Part shown: positions 9,373 through 18,746 of the stretch, one piece after another
Layout of the letters: the number at the start of each line of letters is the position of its first letter
How positions within the stretch are numbered: the stretch's first letter is position 1
Source: Alphaproteobacteria bacterium
GTDB lineage: Bacteria > Pseudomonadota > Alphaproteobacteria > Rs-D84
Direction of reading: 5' to 3'
Assembly: GCA_033345195.1 (NCBI GenBank)
Contig: JAWPOE010000004.1
Location: 182,569 to 246,568, forward strand
Length of the DNA stretch: 64,000 nt
Translations under genes and position numbers: made by a program
Notes under the pieces: model-generated
Database searches by the model: none
Seen by the model: only the letters and a program-made list of their open reading frames with translations
Told to the model about the DNA's origin: nothing

Positions 9373-11985
9373 TTAGTGCAATTTACCACAACAATGCTTA
9401 AACTTTTTACCAGAACCGCATGGGCATGGTGCATTACGACGGCTGTCCATACCGGTGGCCTGATTTAATCCTGCGTCGTGTTTGGCACGCTCTGCCTCGG
9501 TCGCGGCAACATCTTCACGTGTCAATTCCATACGACTGATATAAGACACAGACATTATTTTAAAGTTATTAATTGTATTTTTAAATATATCTAAGGCTTC
9601 ACGTTTGTATTCATACAATGGGTTTTTCTGGGCGTATCCACGCAAGCCAATTGCACTTTGCAGATAATCCATCTGTTGCAAATGTTTTTTCCACACAGAA
9701 TCCAACGCGCCCAACATCATCTGACGCGAAGCCATATGCATCAGTTCTGGACCGTATTTGGTTGCCTGATGTTCATATCTGCGCATTGCCAAGTTGAACA
9801 AGATTTCATACGCCTTGCGTTCTGTAATTTGTTCATCTGTTTTCCACTTTTCAATATCTGTGATGTCCAACGCGAACACACGCAACATCGCATTATGAAT
9901 ACCATTCAAATTCCAATCCGCAGACGTGCCTTTTTCTGGAATGTTATTTTCGCAAATCAGTTCAACAACATCACCAATCATCTCTGACGCCAGGCCCGAC
10001 AAATCTTCTGATGTCATCAAGTCATCACGCTGTTTATAAATGACCGTACGCTGTTCATTTGCGACATCATCATATTTTAACAATTCCTTACGCGCTTCAA
10101 AATAGCGTGCCTCTACACGTTTTTGCGCTTTTTCCAAGGCCTTGGTAATCCATGGGTGTGTAATTGCTTCGCCTGTTTTTAAACCCAAGGTCGACAACAT
10201 ACCCTGCAAACGCGCCGCACCAAAGATACGCATTAAATCGTCATCCAACGCCAAAAAGAACTTTGAATCACCTGGGTCACCCTGACGTCCAGAACGGCCA
10301 CGCAACTGATTATCAATACGACGCGATTCATGTCTTTCCGTACCAATTACATACAAACCACCGGCATCCAAGACTTGTTTTTTATTTGCCTCAATCGTTG
10401 CATAGATTTCTTTTTTCTTTTCTTCATAATCTGGCGCATCCGCATCTAATTTTGCAATCAGTTCTTCTGCATTACCACCCAATTTGATGTCTGTACCACG
10501 TCCCGCCATATTTGTTGCGATTGTAACCGCACCAGGCGCACCAGCCTGGGCAACAATTTTTGCCTCAGACTCGTGCTGTTTTGCATTCAAGACCGCCGGA
10601 TTAACACCTAATTTTTTGCGTACAATTTCTGCCAATTCTTCTGATTTTTCAATTGACACTGTACCGACCAGAACCGGCTGTTTCCGGGTCATACAATCTG
10701 CAATTTGTTTCAAGATTGCATCATATTTTTCATCTTTGTTACGATAAATTTCATCGTGGTGATCGACACGTGCAACCGGGCGATTTGTTGGAATTGACAC
10801 AACGCGCAATTTATAGATTTCTTCGAATTCTGCCGCCTCTGTCATCGCGGTACCCGTCATACCAGACAATGTCGGATACAACCTAAACAAGTTCTGATAT
10901 GAAATACTGGACACAGTTTGATTTTCCGGCTGAACGCGCACATGTTCTTTGGCCTCTATCGCCTGGTGCAGACCTTTACCAAATCTGCGTCCTGTCATAA
11001 CGCGTCCTGTAAATTCATCAACGATTAAGATTTCACCATTACGCACAACATAGTTTACATTTTTCTGGAACAGGTGATGCGCCAACAAAGCCTGTTGAAT
11101 ATGCATAACCAAGGCGGCATTATCAGACGCATATAAATTATCCCCAACCAACAGTCCCGCATCTTTTAACAAACGTGTTGCTGTATCTGCACCACTTTCT
11201 GTCAACGTCACATATCTATCTTTTTCATCTTTTTTGAAATCAGATTCTGTAAATTGCGCAACAACCGCATCGACCTGGGCGTACAGTTCACTGGTATCTT
11301 CGGCTGGGCCAGATATAATCAGTGGTGTACGTGCCTCGTCAATCAAGATACTATCGACTTCGTCAACAATTGCATAAAAGAACGGGCGCAAGACCTGTTG
11401 CTTTTTTGTAAATTTCATATTATCGCGCAGATAATCAAACCCCAGCTCAGAATTCGTCACATACGTAATATCACACGCATATGCAGCACGTCTTTCTTCG
11501 TCTGTCATATCATGCTGAATAATACCAACCGTCAAGCCCAAGAAACGATAAATCTGACCCATCCATTCTGCGTCACGCGATGCCAAATAGTCATTCACTG
11601 TAATCAAGTGCGCACCTTTGCCATGCAACGCCTTTAAAAACATTGCCAACGTCGCAACCAGTGTTTTACCTTCACCAGTTTTCATTTCTGCAATTTGCCC
11701 ATTGGTCAGAACCATACCACCAATCATTTGCACATTAAAGTGACGCAATCCGATTGTACGAACAGACGCTTCGCGCACCAGGGCGAACGCATCCGGCAAA
11801 ATATCTTTTTCTTTTTCGCCATTTGCCAGTCTTTCGCGCAAGCTAGCCGTCTGTGCACGCAATTCATCATCCGTCATTGCATGATATTTAGGCTCTAAAT
11901 CATTAATCAAAGACACCGTCTTGTCATAACTTTTAACAATTCTGTCGTTGGCAGACCCCAATATTTTACTAAAAATGTTTTTCAT
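9373..11985 (-). CDS. secA: Preprotein translocase ATPase SecA
   Basis: 870 aa with the Walker A motif MKTGEGKTLVATL, DEAD-like DEVDSILIDEARTPLIISG and a C-terminal zinc finger CPCGSGKKFKHCCG. Confidence 0.95.
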   Translation of the reverse strand: MKNIFSKILGSANDRIVKSYDKTVSLINDLEPKYHAMTDDELRAQTASLRERLANGEKEKDILPDAFALVREASVRTIGLRHFNVQMIGGMVLTNGQIAEMKTGEGKTLVATLAMFLKALHGKGAHLITVNDYLASRDAEWMGQIYRFLGLTVGIIQHDMTDEERRAAYACDITYVTNSELGFDYLRDNMKFTKKQQVLRPFFYAIVDEVDSILIDEARTPLIISGPAEDTSELYAQVDAVVAQFTESDFKKDEKDRYVTLTESGADTATRLLKDAGLLVGDNLYASDNAALVMHIQQALLAHHLFQKNVNYVVRNGEILIVDEFTGRVMTGRRFGKGLHQAIEAKEHVRVQPENQTVSSISYQNLFRLYPTLSGMTGTAMTEAAEFEEIYKLRVVSIPTNRPVARVDHHDEIYRNKDEKYDAILKQIADCMTRKQPVLVGTVSIEKSEELAEIVRKKLGVNPAVLNAKQHESEAKIVAQAGAPGAVTIATNMAGRGTDIKLGGNAEELIAKLDADAPDYEEKKKEIYATIEANKKQVLDAGGLYVIGTERHESRRIDNQLRGRSGRQGDPGDSKFFLALDDDLMRIFGAARLQGMLSTLGLKTGEAITHPWITKALEKAQKRVEARYFEARKELLKYDDVANEQRTVIYKQRDDLMTSEDLSGLASEMIGDVVELICENNIPEKGTSADWNLNGIHNAMLRVFALDITDIEKWKTDEQITERKAYEILFNLAMRRYEHQATKYGPELMHMASRQMMLGALDSVWKKHLQQMDYLQSAIGLRGYAQKNPLYEYKREALDIFKNTINNFKIMSVSYISRMELTREDVAATEAERAKHDAGLNQATGMDSRRNAPCPCGSGKKFKHCCGKLH

Positions 11986-12132
11986 AATATATCTTCCTTA
12001 TTTTCTCACGAAATATATAGCAATTTTGCGACTTGCGGTCAAGATACTTTATGATATAATGCACTTAACAACGACAAACAAGTCAAAAATCGAATAAAAT
12101 TTAAAAAATCATAGAATAGGGGGGATAAAATC

Positions 12133-12345
12133 ATGCGTGAACCAGTACAAAAATTAAATCCAGAATCAATAACCAGCGACGTTTACGTCATTGCCCCGAC
12201 CCAAATTGAATATATTGCGCGTCTGTTTGGTAATACAGTTGCGGACACAATGAACATGCGCACATTTGCCCCAAAAATCCGCCATATTGCAGAGCAGGCC
12301 TTGCGTCACGCCCTGAACAGCGCGCGTAAAATGGGCGAAAAATAA
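12133..12345 (+). CDS. Small hypothetical protein (70 aa)
   Basis: An ORF with plausible RBS GGGGGATAAAATC just upstream. It has no recognisable motif and could be spurious. Confidence 0.3.
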   Translation: MREPVQKLNPESITSDVYVIAPTQIEYIARLFGNTVADTMNMRTFAPKIRHIAEQALRHALNSARKMGEK

Positions 12346-12484
12346 GCCAATTTCAGCACTAAAACTCAAAGAGTTTTGTCACCCCAAAGCTAGACTGCTG
12401 AACCCAGGTCATGCATTCTTGTTTTAACAAAATCAGAGATTTTGTTCTGGTTATGACACTTAATTCCCTGGAAACTTAAAAACA

Positions 12485-12515
12485 CCCACAAAAAATCCCC
12501 CAAACGGGGGATTGT
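12485..12515 (-). terminator. Hairpin terminator downstream of the large surface-protein gene
   Basis: AATCCCCCAAACGGGGGATT hairpin. On the minus strand it is followed by a T-run, and it sits immediately after the stop at 12516. Confidence 0.6.
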
Positions 12516-15500
12516 TCACTGCCAGTCATTCACGACAGAATACTCTGTTCCATTATTAACCTTTAACGCGCCCTCTATTGTCTCGCTTAGCGATCCAAAG
12601 AACACATCATCACCAACCCTGACGCGCAACGAAGGCGTTGTGCGTTGCGCACTGCGCAGGTAAATCACATTACCGCCCGCGTGCAACTTGCGCCCACAGT
12701 CCTCGGCCTCGTTCGCACCTGTACCATATCCAATCGTGGTCAGATTTGGAGGACATTGCTCTGGTACTTGGGCCGTTCGGAAGTTTTTGATTTGCCCACC
12801 AGCAAAATATTTACCTTCACCAACTGGACCACAGGATCCGTCTACAACATTGGCAAAAGAACCCAACTCTGCGTTACCCGCAAAATAATATCCTGGTGCA
12901 CAAACTGTTCCATTGTCCGTTCGACAGCCATATTCATAGGTACCACTTGCATAATCGCTGGCACCACACGCTAATTTTATCGTGCCTGTGTCATTCGTAA
13001 CTGTGCCACGGGCCCAGCAAGTGTGCAATGCGTCATATACGCCATCGCTTGACCAAGAATACTTACTTGTGAACGTACTATTTGATGGTGTCGGACACGA
13101 CTTACAGTTTGCTTGACCTGTTTCATCCTGATAAGTTAGTTCTGCACATGGTGTCTGTGTTGTATTGGCTGGGCCCTGGGTAAAATACCCTTTTGCTGCT
13201 TTCAGACACGATGTTTTACCGGTGTCTGGTTGATATTCCCCAGGCAGACAGGGTTCACGTCCCTGAATGCTGTCGCTGAACGAATAGGTTCCGTCAATGG
13301 GACAGTAATACCCCGCCGAACATGCCTCACATGTCGTCGACCGCGCCGGCAGATACGTACCTGCGTCACATTTCGACAGCTTAGACGCAAACAATTCACC
13401 AATATAACCGATTGTAACGTCACTATCGCGTCCTATTGTACCATCCAAACCAATCACACGTTGGGGATACGGTGTAAAATGATTATTATAATTCTCTACA
13501 TAATAAATAAGAGTGCTTGTTGTCACCTTCGCTTCATCACTTATTACAGGACCCCAGTCACAATTCTCGGTAAAACACCATTTGTGCGGGAATGTATAGC
13601 CTGTCTGGGTTAAATTTTGGGATGGCAGTACACAGTCAAGCTGGCTATAACACTTTAAAACACCATTATCCGTACCATTATATCTCGTAGAAGTATTAAG
13701 AAGCATATCTCTAACTAATATGTCACCGTTTCCGCCGTTTTTATTTAAAATAAACCCGGCATAACACCCATTTTGAGATGTATTACCCACATCTGATAAT
13801 ACATATGGGTAACTACGCACGTTGCGACATAGGCCACAACTCTGTAGTTGTGAGGCCCAGGTCAATGTTGTTCGGCTACCATAGGTCACCTTTTTAGAGT
13901 TAGGACATATGTAGCCCTGTGGACTTGGTTCACATGCACCTGTACCGGGGTTCCACAGGGTACCCGCCACACATGTTCTATAACAAGCATTTTCCGAACC
14001 GGTTGCAGCATCCGACGTCCAATTCGTTGGACACTGGTTTTGTGTTACACTGGTCGACCCAGCTGGACAGTAATAACCAGCGGTACATTCTTTCCACCGT
14101 GCCGTCAACGTTACATCCGCATCAACATTCCAGTTCAAGAATGAATTACCAGATGCATCATAATACATACTGCCGTTATACCACCATCCGTCAAAGACAT
14201 AACCGGCACGTGTTGGCAGCCTTGTTAATTCAGGCATTGGCTGAAAATACGTTGCGGTCACAGATGTTGGCAAATGACCAGACCCACCATTTGCATCTAA
14301 TGTCACAGTATATGTTTTTGCCACCCAACATGCATACAACGTTGCATCTGCCGTATACGCAGTATAAAAGGTTGACGCGATACGACCATCGGCATCGATA
14401 CGCTGGGTCCCAGAACAAGCTGTACTGGTATAATATCCACCAAATGTATAACCTGTTTTGGTTGGCAGTGTAATCGGGTTGGCACCCAACGTCACACTCG
14501 AAATCGTCATCTTTTTATTCAGTGCCATACTATCCAGATAAACACCATCGGCATACACCGAATATATTGCCGTCGTCCCAGCCGTGGTTGCACTTTGATT
14601 ATTCAGCGTCAGCGTATTTATCTTGCGGCGTGCCGGATAGTAAGTCGCAGTTGCCGCCGTTGATGTAACCCTTGGCGAAAGAGTAAGCGACACGCCAGAA
14701 TTTGGCAAGGTGTAAGTTGTATACCAGCCATCAAAAATCTTGTATCCTGACGCCGGTGTTAATGTCGCCGGACTGGGCATTGAACATACCGTGTTATATT
14801 TACAACACTGGGTTATAGTGTTGGCACTGGAACTGGGGGTCCATGTCTTTGGATTTCCACAGCCATCCGTCCATGTCAATGTTGCCTCATACGCACCATA
14901 CGCATTTAACGTCACGTCACGATAACAATCTGTCTGCGCCCCTGCACCTGCCGCCGACGTCCAATTCGTTGGACACTGGTTTTGTGTCACACTGGTCGAC
15001 CCAGCCGGACAGTAATAACCCGCAGTACATGCCTCCCATTGTGCATATAGCGTGGTTGGTTGGGTAAACCGCGTGGTTGATGCGTCGGCATAATAACCGG
15101 TTGGTTTTATAATCAGTGTACCACCTCTTGCGCCCGTATAATACCCCGTGAACACATAACCTGCGCGCGTCGGTACCGTAATTGGATTCTCTGTACCTGA
15201 CATCTTGTTTGCCAAAGCAGAATCCAGGTAAACACCAGAACCGTATTTTGAATATATCGCCGTTGTGCCGGATGATGTTGCGCCAGAACTGTTTAACGTT
15301 ATAGTCACTGCTTTCGAAGTATGCGCCGGATAGTAAGACACAGAGGATGAGGTTGATATAATATAAAACGTCTTGGTCGTACCGCCTGATACATTTGTCG
15401 ATGATGACCCCCAACCACCGGTAAAGTTCACATATGGATGATACAACGCATTCTGCGTAGTAGTTGAAGAAGACGACGCCTGCGTCACCGTCGGGAAAGT

Positions 15501-16019
15501 ACAAGCCGTGTTATAATAACATTGCGTTGTCAATGCAGTTGTTCCAGTTGATGACACAGTTGTACTGGTGACCGGGTTTGTCATAGACAGTACTCCCGTC
15601 GCAGTAATTCCATTGGCAGTTTTGTATAATTTAACATCGCGATAACACTTTGTCTGCGCCCCCGCGCCTGCCGCCGACGTCCAATTCGTCGGACACTTGC
15701 TTTGTGTCGCACTGGTCGACCCCGCCGGACAGTAATACCCCGCAGTACATGTGGCATTTGGCGCGCTTAAACCCGTGGTGGTACATGCCTTACCCGCAGT
15801 GCAAAGTGTTCTGGCATTCGTGCCACCTGTACAGTAATAACCCTGCTCACACTGTTTACACGAATTTTCGACACCGGTGCCGCTTAAATAATACCCCGGA
15901 TTACAGGACGTGTATTTTTTTAATGTCGGACACGTATACCCCGCACCGAATGCATTAACGGTAAAAAACGAAACGACTAAAATCGCGCAAAAACGCAGAA
16001 ATCTTGAAAATCTTCCCAC
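12516..16019 (-). CDS. Giant secreted surface protein with Listeria-Bacteroides (Flg_new/InlB B-repeat-like) repeats and Cys-rich GYYCPAGS modules; putative adhesin
   Basis: 1167 aa with GTG start, an AGAGGAAG RBS and signal peptide MGRFSRFLRFCAILVVSFFTVNAFGA. CTAGYYCPAGSTSxTQxxCPTNWTS modules occur three times, and TLxxNGG..PTRAGYxFxGWY Flg_new-like units are repeated. Confidence 0.7.
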   Translation of the reverse strand: MGRFSRFLRFCAILVVSFFTVNAFGAGYTCPTLKKYTSCNPGYYLSGTGVENSCKQCEQGYYCTGGTNARTLCTAGKACTTTGLSAPNATCTAGYYCPAGSTSATQSKCPTNWTSAAGAGAQTKCYRDVKLYKTANGITATGVLSMTNPVTSTTVSSTGTTALTTQCYYNTACTFPTVTQASSSSTTTQNALYHPYVNFTGGWGSSSTNVSGGTTKTFYIISTSSSVSYYPAHTSKAVTITLNSSGATSSGTTAIYSKYGSGVYLDSALANKMSGTENPITVPTRAGYVFTGYYTGARGGTLIIKPTGYYADASTTRFTQPTTLYAQWEACTAGYYCPAGSTSVTQNQCPTNWTSAAGAGAQTDCYRDVTLNAYGAYEATLTWTDGCGNPKTWTPSSSANTITQCCKYNTVCSMPSPATLTPASGYKIFDGWYTTYTLPNSGVSLTLSPRVTSTAATATYYPARRKINTLTLNNQSATTAGTTAIYSVYADGVYLDSMALNKKMTISSVTLGANPITLPTKTGYTFGGYYTSTACSGTQRIDADGRIASTFYTAYTADATLYACWVAKTYTVTLDANGGSGHLPTSVTATYFQPMPELTRLPTRAGYVFDGWWYNGSMYYDASGNSFLNWNVDADVTLTARWKECTAGYYCPAGSTSVTQNQCPTNWTSDAATGSENACYRTCVAGTLWNPGTGACEPSPQGYICPNSKKVTYGSRTTLTWASQLQSCGLCRNVRSYPYVLSDVGNTSQNGCYAGFILNKNGGNGDILVRDMLLNTSTRYNGTDNGVLKCYSQLDCVLPSQNLTQTGYTFPHKWCFTENCDWGPVISDEAKVTTSTLIYYVENYNNHFTPYPQRVIGLDGTIGRDSDVTIGYIGELFASKLSKCDAGTYLPARSTTCEACSAGYYCPIDGTYSFSDSIQGREPCLPGEYQPDTGKTSCLKAAKGYFTQGPANTTQTPCAELTYQDETGQANCKSCPTPSNSTFTSKYSWSSDGVYDALHTCWARGTVTNDTGTIKLACGASDYASGTYEYGCRTDNGTVCAPGYYFAGNAELGSFANVVDGSCGPVGEGKYFAGGQIKNFRTAQVPEQCPPNLTTIGYGTGANEAEDCGRKLHAGGNVIYLRSAQRTTPSLRVRVGDDVFFGSLSETIEGALKVNNGTEYSVVNDWQ
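14020..15760. repeat. Intragenic long direct repeats (three about 80-bp near-identical cores spaced about 720-930 bp apart) inside the surface-protein gene
   Basis: GACGTCCAATTCGTTGGACACTGGTTTTGTGT..GGTCGACCCAGC(C/T)GGACAGTAATAACC recurs at about 14020, 14950 and 15670. Antisense ORFs in the ORF track also recur (..PPTSNSLDTGFVSHWSTQPDSN..). Confidence 0.8.
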
Positions 16020-16136
16020 TTTTCTTCCTCTTTATACGCATATCATAGAAAAAATCAAGGGTACAGCACAAGTAAAAAATCCAGCGACATCAAAAAATTT
16101 TTTTCGTGACATACGATTCGTTATATCAAAAAAGTA

Positions 16137-16167
16137 CCCCCCCCCGTTGGAGTGTGTGTGGGGGGGT
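16137..16167. repeat. Homopolymeric C9, (GT)4 and G7 tracts in the upstream region of the surface-protein gene
   Basis: CCCCCCCCC at 16137-16145, then GTTGGAGTGTGTGTG, then GGGGGGG at 16161-16167. These lie 118-148 bp upstream of the GTG start at 16019 on the coding strand. Confidence 0.85.
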
Positions 16168-16207
16168 GGGACACGCAGTGCCGGGGTAAAAATCGCAAAT
16201 ACACGTA

Positions 16208-17017
16208 CTATATAACCTTGCCCTGGGTTGGATAGAATGTTAACTGTATCTTTTTCCATTTATCAAATTCATTTGCTGGCAACATGCGCAACGGCTGGCA
16301 CGTATTAATCGCCGCCCGTATCGTATCCAACACATACGCGAATGCCGGGTCTGTTTCCGCACGCGATTCTGATTCAAACCAAACATCTTGAACGGTGCCA
16401 TTTTTTCGCATTGTCAAATGCGCCACCGCACGAATATCTGTGATATCTGGACGCGTGGTATCGACAACCCAACAGCGCGTCATCGCAACACGCAATGCAT
16501 CAACAACAGATATCGTCAGGGTTCTGTCCAGGGATAAAACCTCGCGATTGACACGCACAACTTTCTTTTTCTTTGGCGCGGCCGGCGCATCCGTGACAGG
16601 TTTTGATGCTTCCTTTGATTTTTCTTTCTGTGGCTCTGGCTTTTTTTCCGGTTCTTCCACCTTTTCATCTGGTTCCGGTTCTGGTTCCGGCTCTTCAACC
16701 AATGTTGGTGTTTCTATTTCTACCTTTTCTGGTTCTTCTGCCTTTACTTCCTTGGCATCTGGCTTTGCCACCGGGGCAGGGGTCGGTTCTTCCACTTTCT
16801 GTTCAACAACCTGACCAACATTATAAAGTTTTGTTTCATCACCAGACACAACAACCTGGTTCAAATCAATTTCAATAATTTCAATCCTGTCTGGCGTCAC
16901 CAGGCGCGCACGGTTAACAACAATCGCAAACGACGTTATCATAATTGCAACCAACGCCAAATGTCCGCCAACAGACATCAACAGGTTTTCTGATGAAAAT
17001 TGATTAAACTTCGCCAT
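16208..17017 (-). CDS. tolA: TolA/TonB-like energy-transducer protein
   Basis: An N-terminal TM anchor (LALVAIMITSFAIVV), a Pro/Glu/Lys-rich linker (EEPEPEPEPDEKVEEPEKKPEPQKEK) and a C-terminal TolA/TonB-like domain. It follows tolQ-tolR. Confidence 0.6.
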   Translation of the reverse strand: MAKFNQFSSENLLMSVGGHLALVAIMITSFAIVVNRARLVTPDRIEIIEIDLNQVVVSGDETKLYNVGQVVEQKVEEPTPAPVAKPDAKEVKAEEPEKVEIETPTLVEEPEPEPEPDEKVEEPEKKPEPQKEKSKEASKPVTDAPAAPKKKKVVRVNREVLSLDRTLTISVVDALRVAMTRCWVVDTTRPDITDIRAVAHLTMRKNGTVQDVWFESESRAETDPAFAYVLDTIRAAINTCQPLRMLPANEFDKWKKIQLTFYPTQGKVI

Positions 17018-17023
17018 TTACGA

Positions 17024-17422
17024 TTACTCTGGTTGTGTACGCAGCCCAACTTTTTGAAAACCGACATCTTTTAATTTACCCATCATAGACATAACAGCGC
17101 CATAATCTGCATGGGTATCACCACTTATCATAATCGTTAGGTTTGGATTTTCACCACGCATTGCAATTGCACGCTTTACAACCTCGTCCCGGGGTAATTC
17201 CATTTCTGACAAGAAATAACGCCCACGCGCATCAACGCTAATTTGAATTGCATGATCGTTGCCCGTCATCGCAGACGCACCCGCGCGCGGCAACTCCAAA
17301 TCAATTCCCGTTGTCATCATTGGCGTTGTCACCATAAATACCGCCAACAACACCGTCATAACGTCAATCATTGGTGTTAATTGAATCCCAGAATCAGATT
17401 GTCTGCGACGCATACGAGACAT
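17024..17422 (-). CDS. tolR: Biopolymer transport protein TolR/ExbD
   Basis: MSRMRRRQSDSGIQLTPMIDVMTVLLAVFMVT TM plus the ExbD periplasmic domain. The start overlaps the tolQ stop. Confidence 0.8.
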   Translation of the reverse strand: MSRMRRRQSDSGIQLTPMIDVMTVLLAVFMVTTPMMTTGIDLELPRAGASAMTGNDHAIQISVDARGRYFLSEMELPRDEVVKRAIAMRGENPNLTIMISGDTHADYGAVMSMMGKLKDVGFQKVGLRTQPE

Positions 17423-17432
17423 TATAATATCC

Positions 17433-17924
17433 TTATTTTTTCGAATTAAATTCACGACGCGCATCATCCAGACGGTCGTATAAATCATCAGCCTTTTTTG
17501 CAAAAACCTGATGTGCAATCGCCGCAGGCACCGCCGCAATCAACCCCAACGCAGTTGTTCCCAACGCAACCGCCAGCCCTGGCGCAATAACACCAATGCT
17601 AACCGACTGATTAATTCCAATCGACGCGAAAGAATCCATCACACCCCAAACCGTGCCAAACAAACCAATAAACGGCGAAATATATGCAACCATCGCCAAG
17701 AACCACAAATTCTTGTCAAACGGACGAACCAAGCGTTCCGGCGCAACCGCCATATTATCAGTTGCCTTTAATCTAATTGGATTTCTTTTGACCATTTTCC
17801 ACAGACGCATTTTTTCGATAATAACCGCCCATGACATAACACTGAATATCACCAAGACAATCGACACAAAGATTGTCATAATATCGCCTGTAAACAAACT
17901 TAACAGCGAAAAGTTATTTTCCAT
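17433..17924 (-). CDS. tolQ: MotA/TolQ/ExbB-family proton channel (short form, 163 aa)
   Basis: Three TM helices and a conserved C-terminal TolQ/ExbB segment (GLFGTVWGVMDSFASIG..APGLAVALGTTALGLIAAVPA). It is shorter than canonical TolQ. Confidence 0.75.
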   Translation of the reverse strand: MENNFSLLSLFTGDIMTIFVSIVLVIFSVMSWAVIIEKMRLWKMVKRNPIRLKATDNMAVAPERLVRPFDKNLWFLAMVAYISPFIGLFGTVWGVMDSFASIGINQSVSIGVIAPGLAVALGTTALGLIAAVPAAIAHQVFAKKADDLYDRLDDARREFNSKK

Positions 17925-17948
17925 TTTTTTCCTTCCTTTGTTTCTTTT

Positions 17949-18323
17949 TTATAACAATTCCTTAATAAATTCATCTGGGATTCGCTTTGGACGCATGTCT
18001 GCCCCCAAATACGCAACCTTTAGGTTTATTATAGCACAAACATTCCCATCTTTCACGAACTTTTGTTCAATTTTTACCGTTGCCGCCCCAACATCTGTCA
18101 TAACTGTTTTTACAACGAAATCATCAGCCGCCTTTAATGGTTGTAAATACTTAATATTTAATTCACGAATAACAAATCCAACATCATCGCCAACCACAAC
18201 ATGACCACGCAACCAATTCATACGTGCGCGTTCCGCAATTTCCAGATATCGTGCATGATACACAATTCCTTCGGCATCCGTGTCCGCATACGCAACTGTA
18301 AATGGATAAACATGCGTTTTCAT
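17949..18323 (-). CDS. ybgC: YbgC/4-hydroxybenzoyl-CoA thioesterase-family acyl-CoA thioesterase
   Basis: FTVAYADTDAEGIVYHARYLEIAERARMNWLR hotdog-fold motif. Its position between ruvB and tolQ matches the conserved ybgC-tolQRA arrangement. Confidence 0.75.
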   Translation of the reverse strand: MKTHVYPFTVAYADTDAEGIVYHARYLEIAERARMNWLRGHVVVGDDVGFVIRELNIKYLQPLKAADDFVVKTVMTDVGAATVKIEQKFVKDGNVCAIINLKVAYLGADMRPKRIPDEFIKELL

Positions 18324-18329
18324 TTACGG

Positions 18330-18725
18330 CTATCTCTGCTTATCTGTGACAGTCATCATCTTCAAACGCAATTCTTCTGGAATGTGCTTTAAACGCAAAT
18401 CTGGCCCAATATATGCAACACGACTATTCAAAGTTGCGCAAACTATATTATCAGTATTCAAGAAATACTGTACTGTATCCAGGAACACATTGCCAACCTT
18501 TAACACTTCTGTTTCGACGCAAATATCTTCACCCAACTTTAATGGGAACGAATAATTTACGTTCAAATTTTTAATAATAAAATTATCACCTTTTGGAATT
18601 TCCTTGCCGCGCATCCAATTCATACGCGCACGCTCTGCAATCTCAATATAGCGTCCATGATACACAATCCCACCTGCATCAGTATCTGCATAGGCGATTG
18701 TAAAATTATACTTATGTCTTGCCAT
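18330..18725 (-). CDS. Second YbgC-family thioesterase (tandem paralogue)
   Basis: FTIAYADTDAGGIVYHGRYIEIAERARMNWMR, about 50% identical to the neighbouring paralogue. Confidence 0.75.
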   Translation of the reverse strand: MARHKYNFTIAYADTDAGGIVYHGRYIEIAERARMNWMRGKEIPKGDNFIIKNLNVNYSFPLKLGEDICVETEVLKVGNVFLDTVQYFLNTDNIVCATLNSRVAYIGPDLRLKHIPEELRLKMMTVTDKQR

Positions 18726-18746
18726 TGTTTACTTGTTTCCCTTTTT

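Noticed and set aside
13919-15958. Several + strand ORFs of 60-190 aa inside the 12516..16019 gene with recurring peptide (..PPTSNSLDTGFVSHWSTQPDSN..)
   Set aside because: They are the antisense reading of the intragenic DNA repeats of the large surface-protein gene. Their recurrence reflects DNA repetition, not separate genes.
16395-16878. + strand ORFs within tolA
   Set aside because: Antisense translation of the Pro/Glu/Lys low-complexity linker, giving Ser/Gly-rich artefact peptides.
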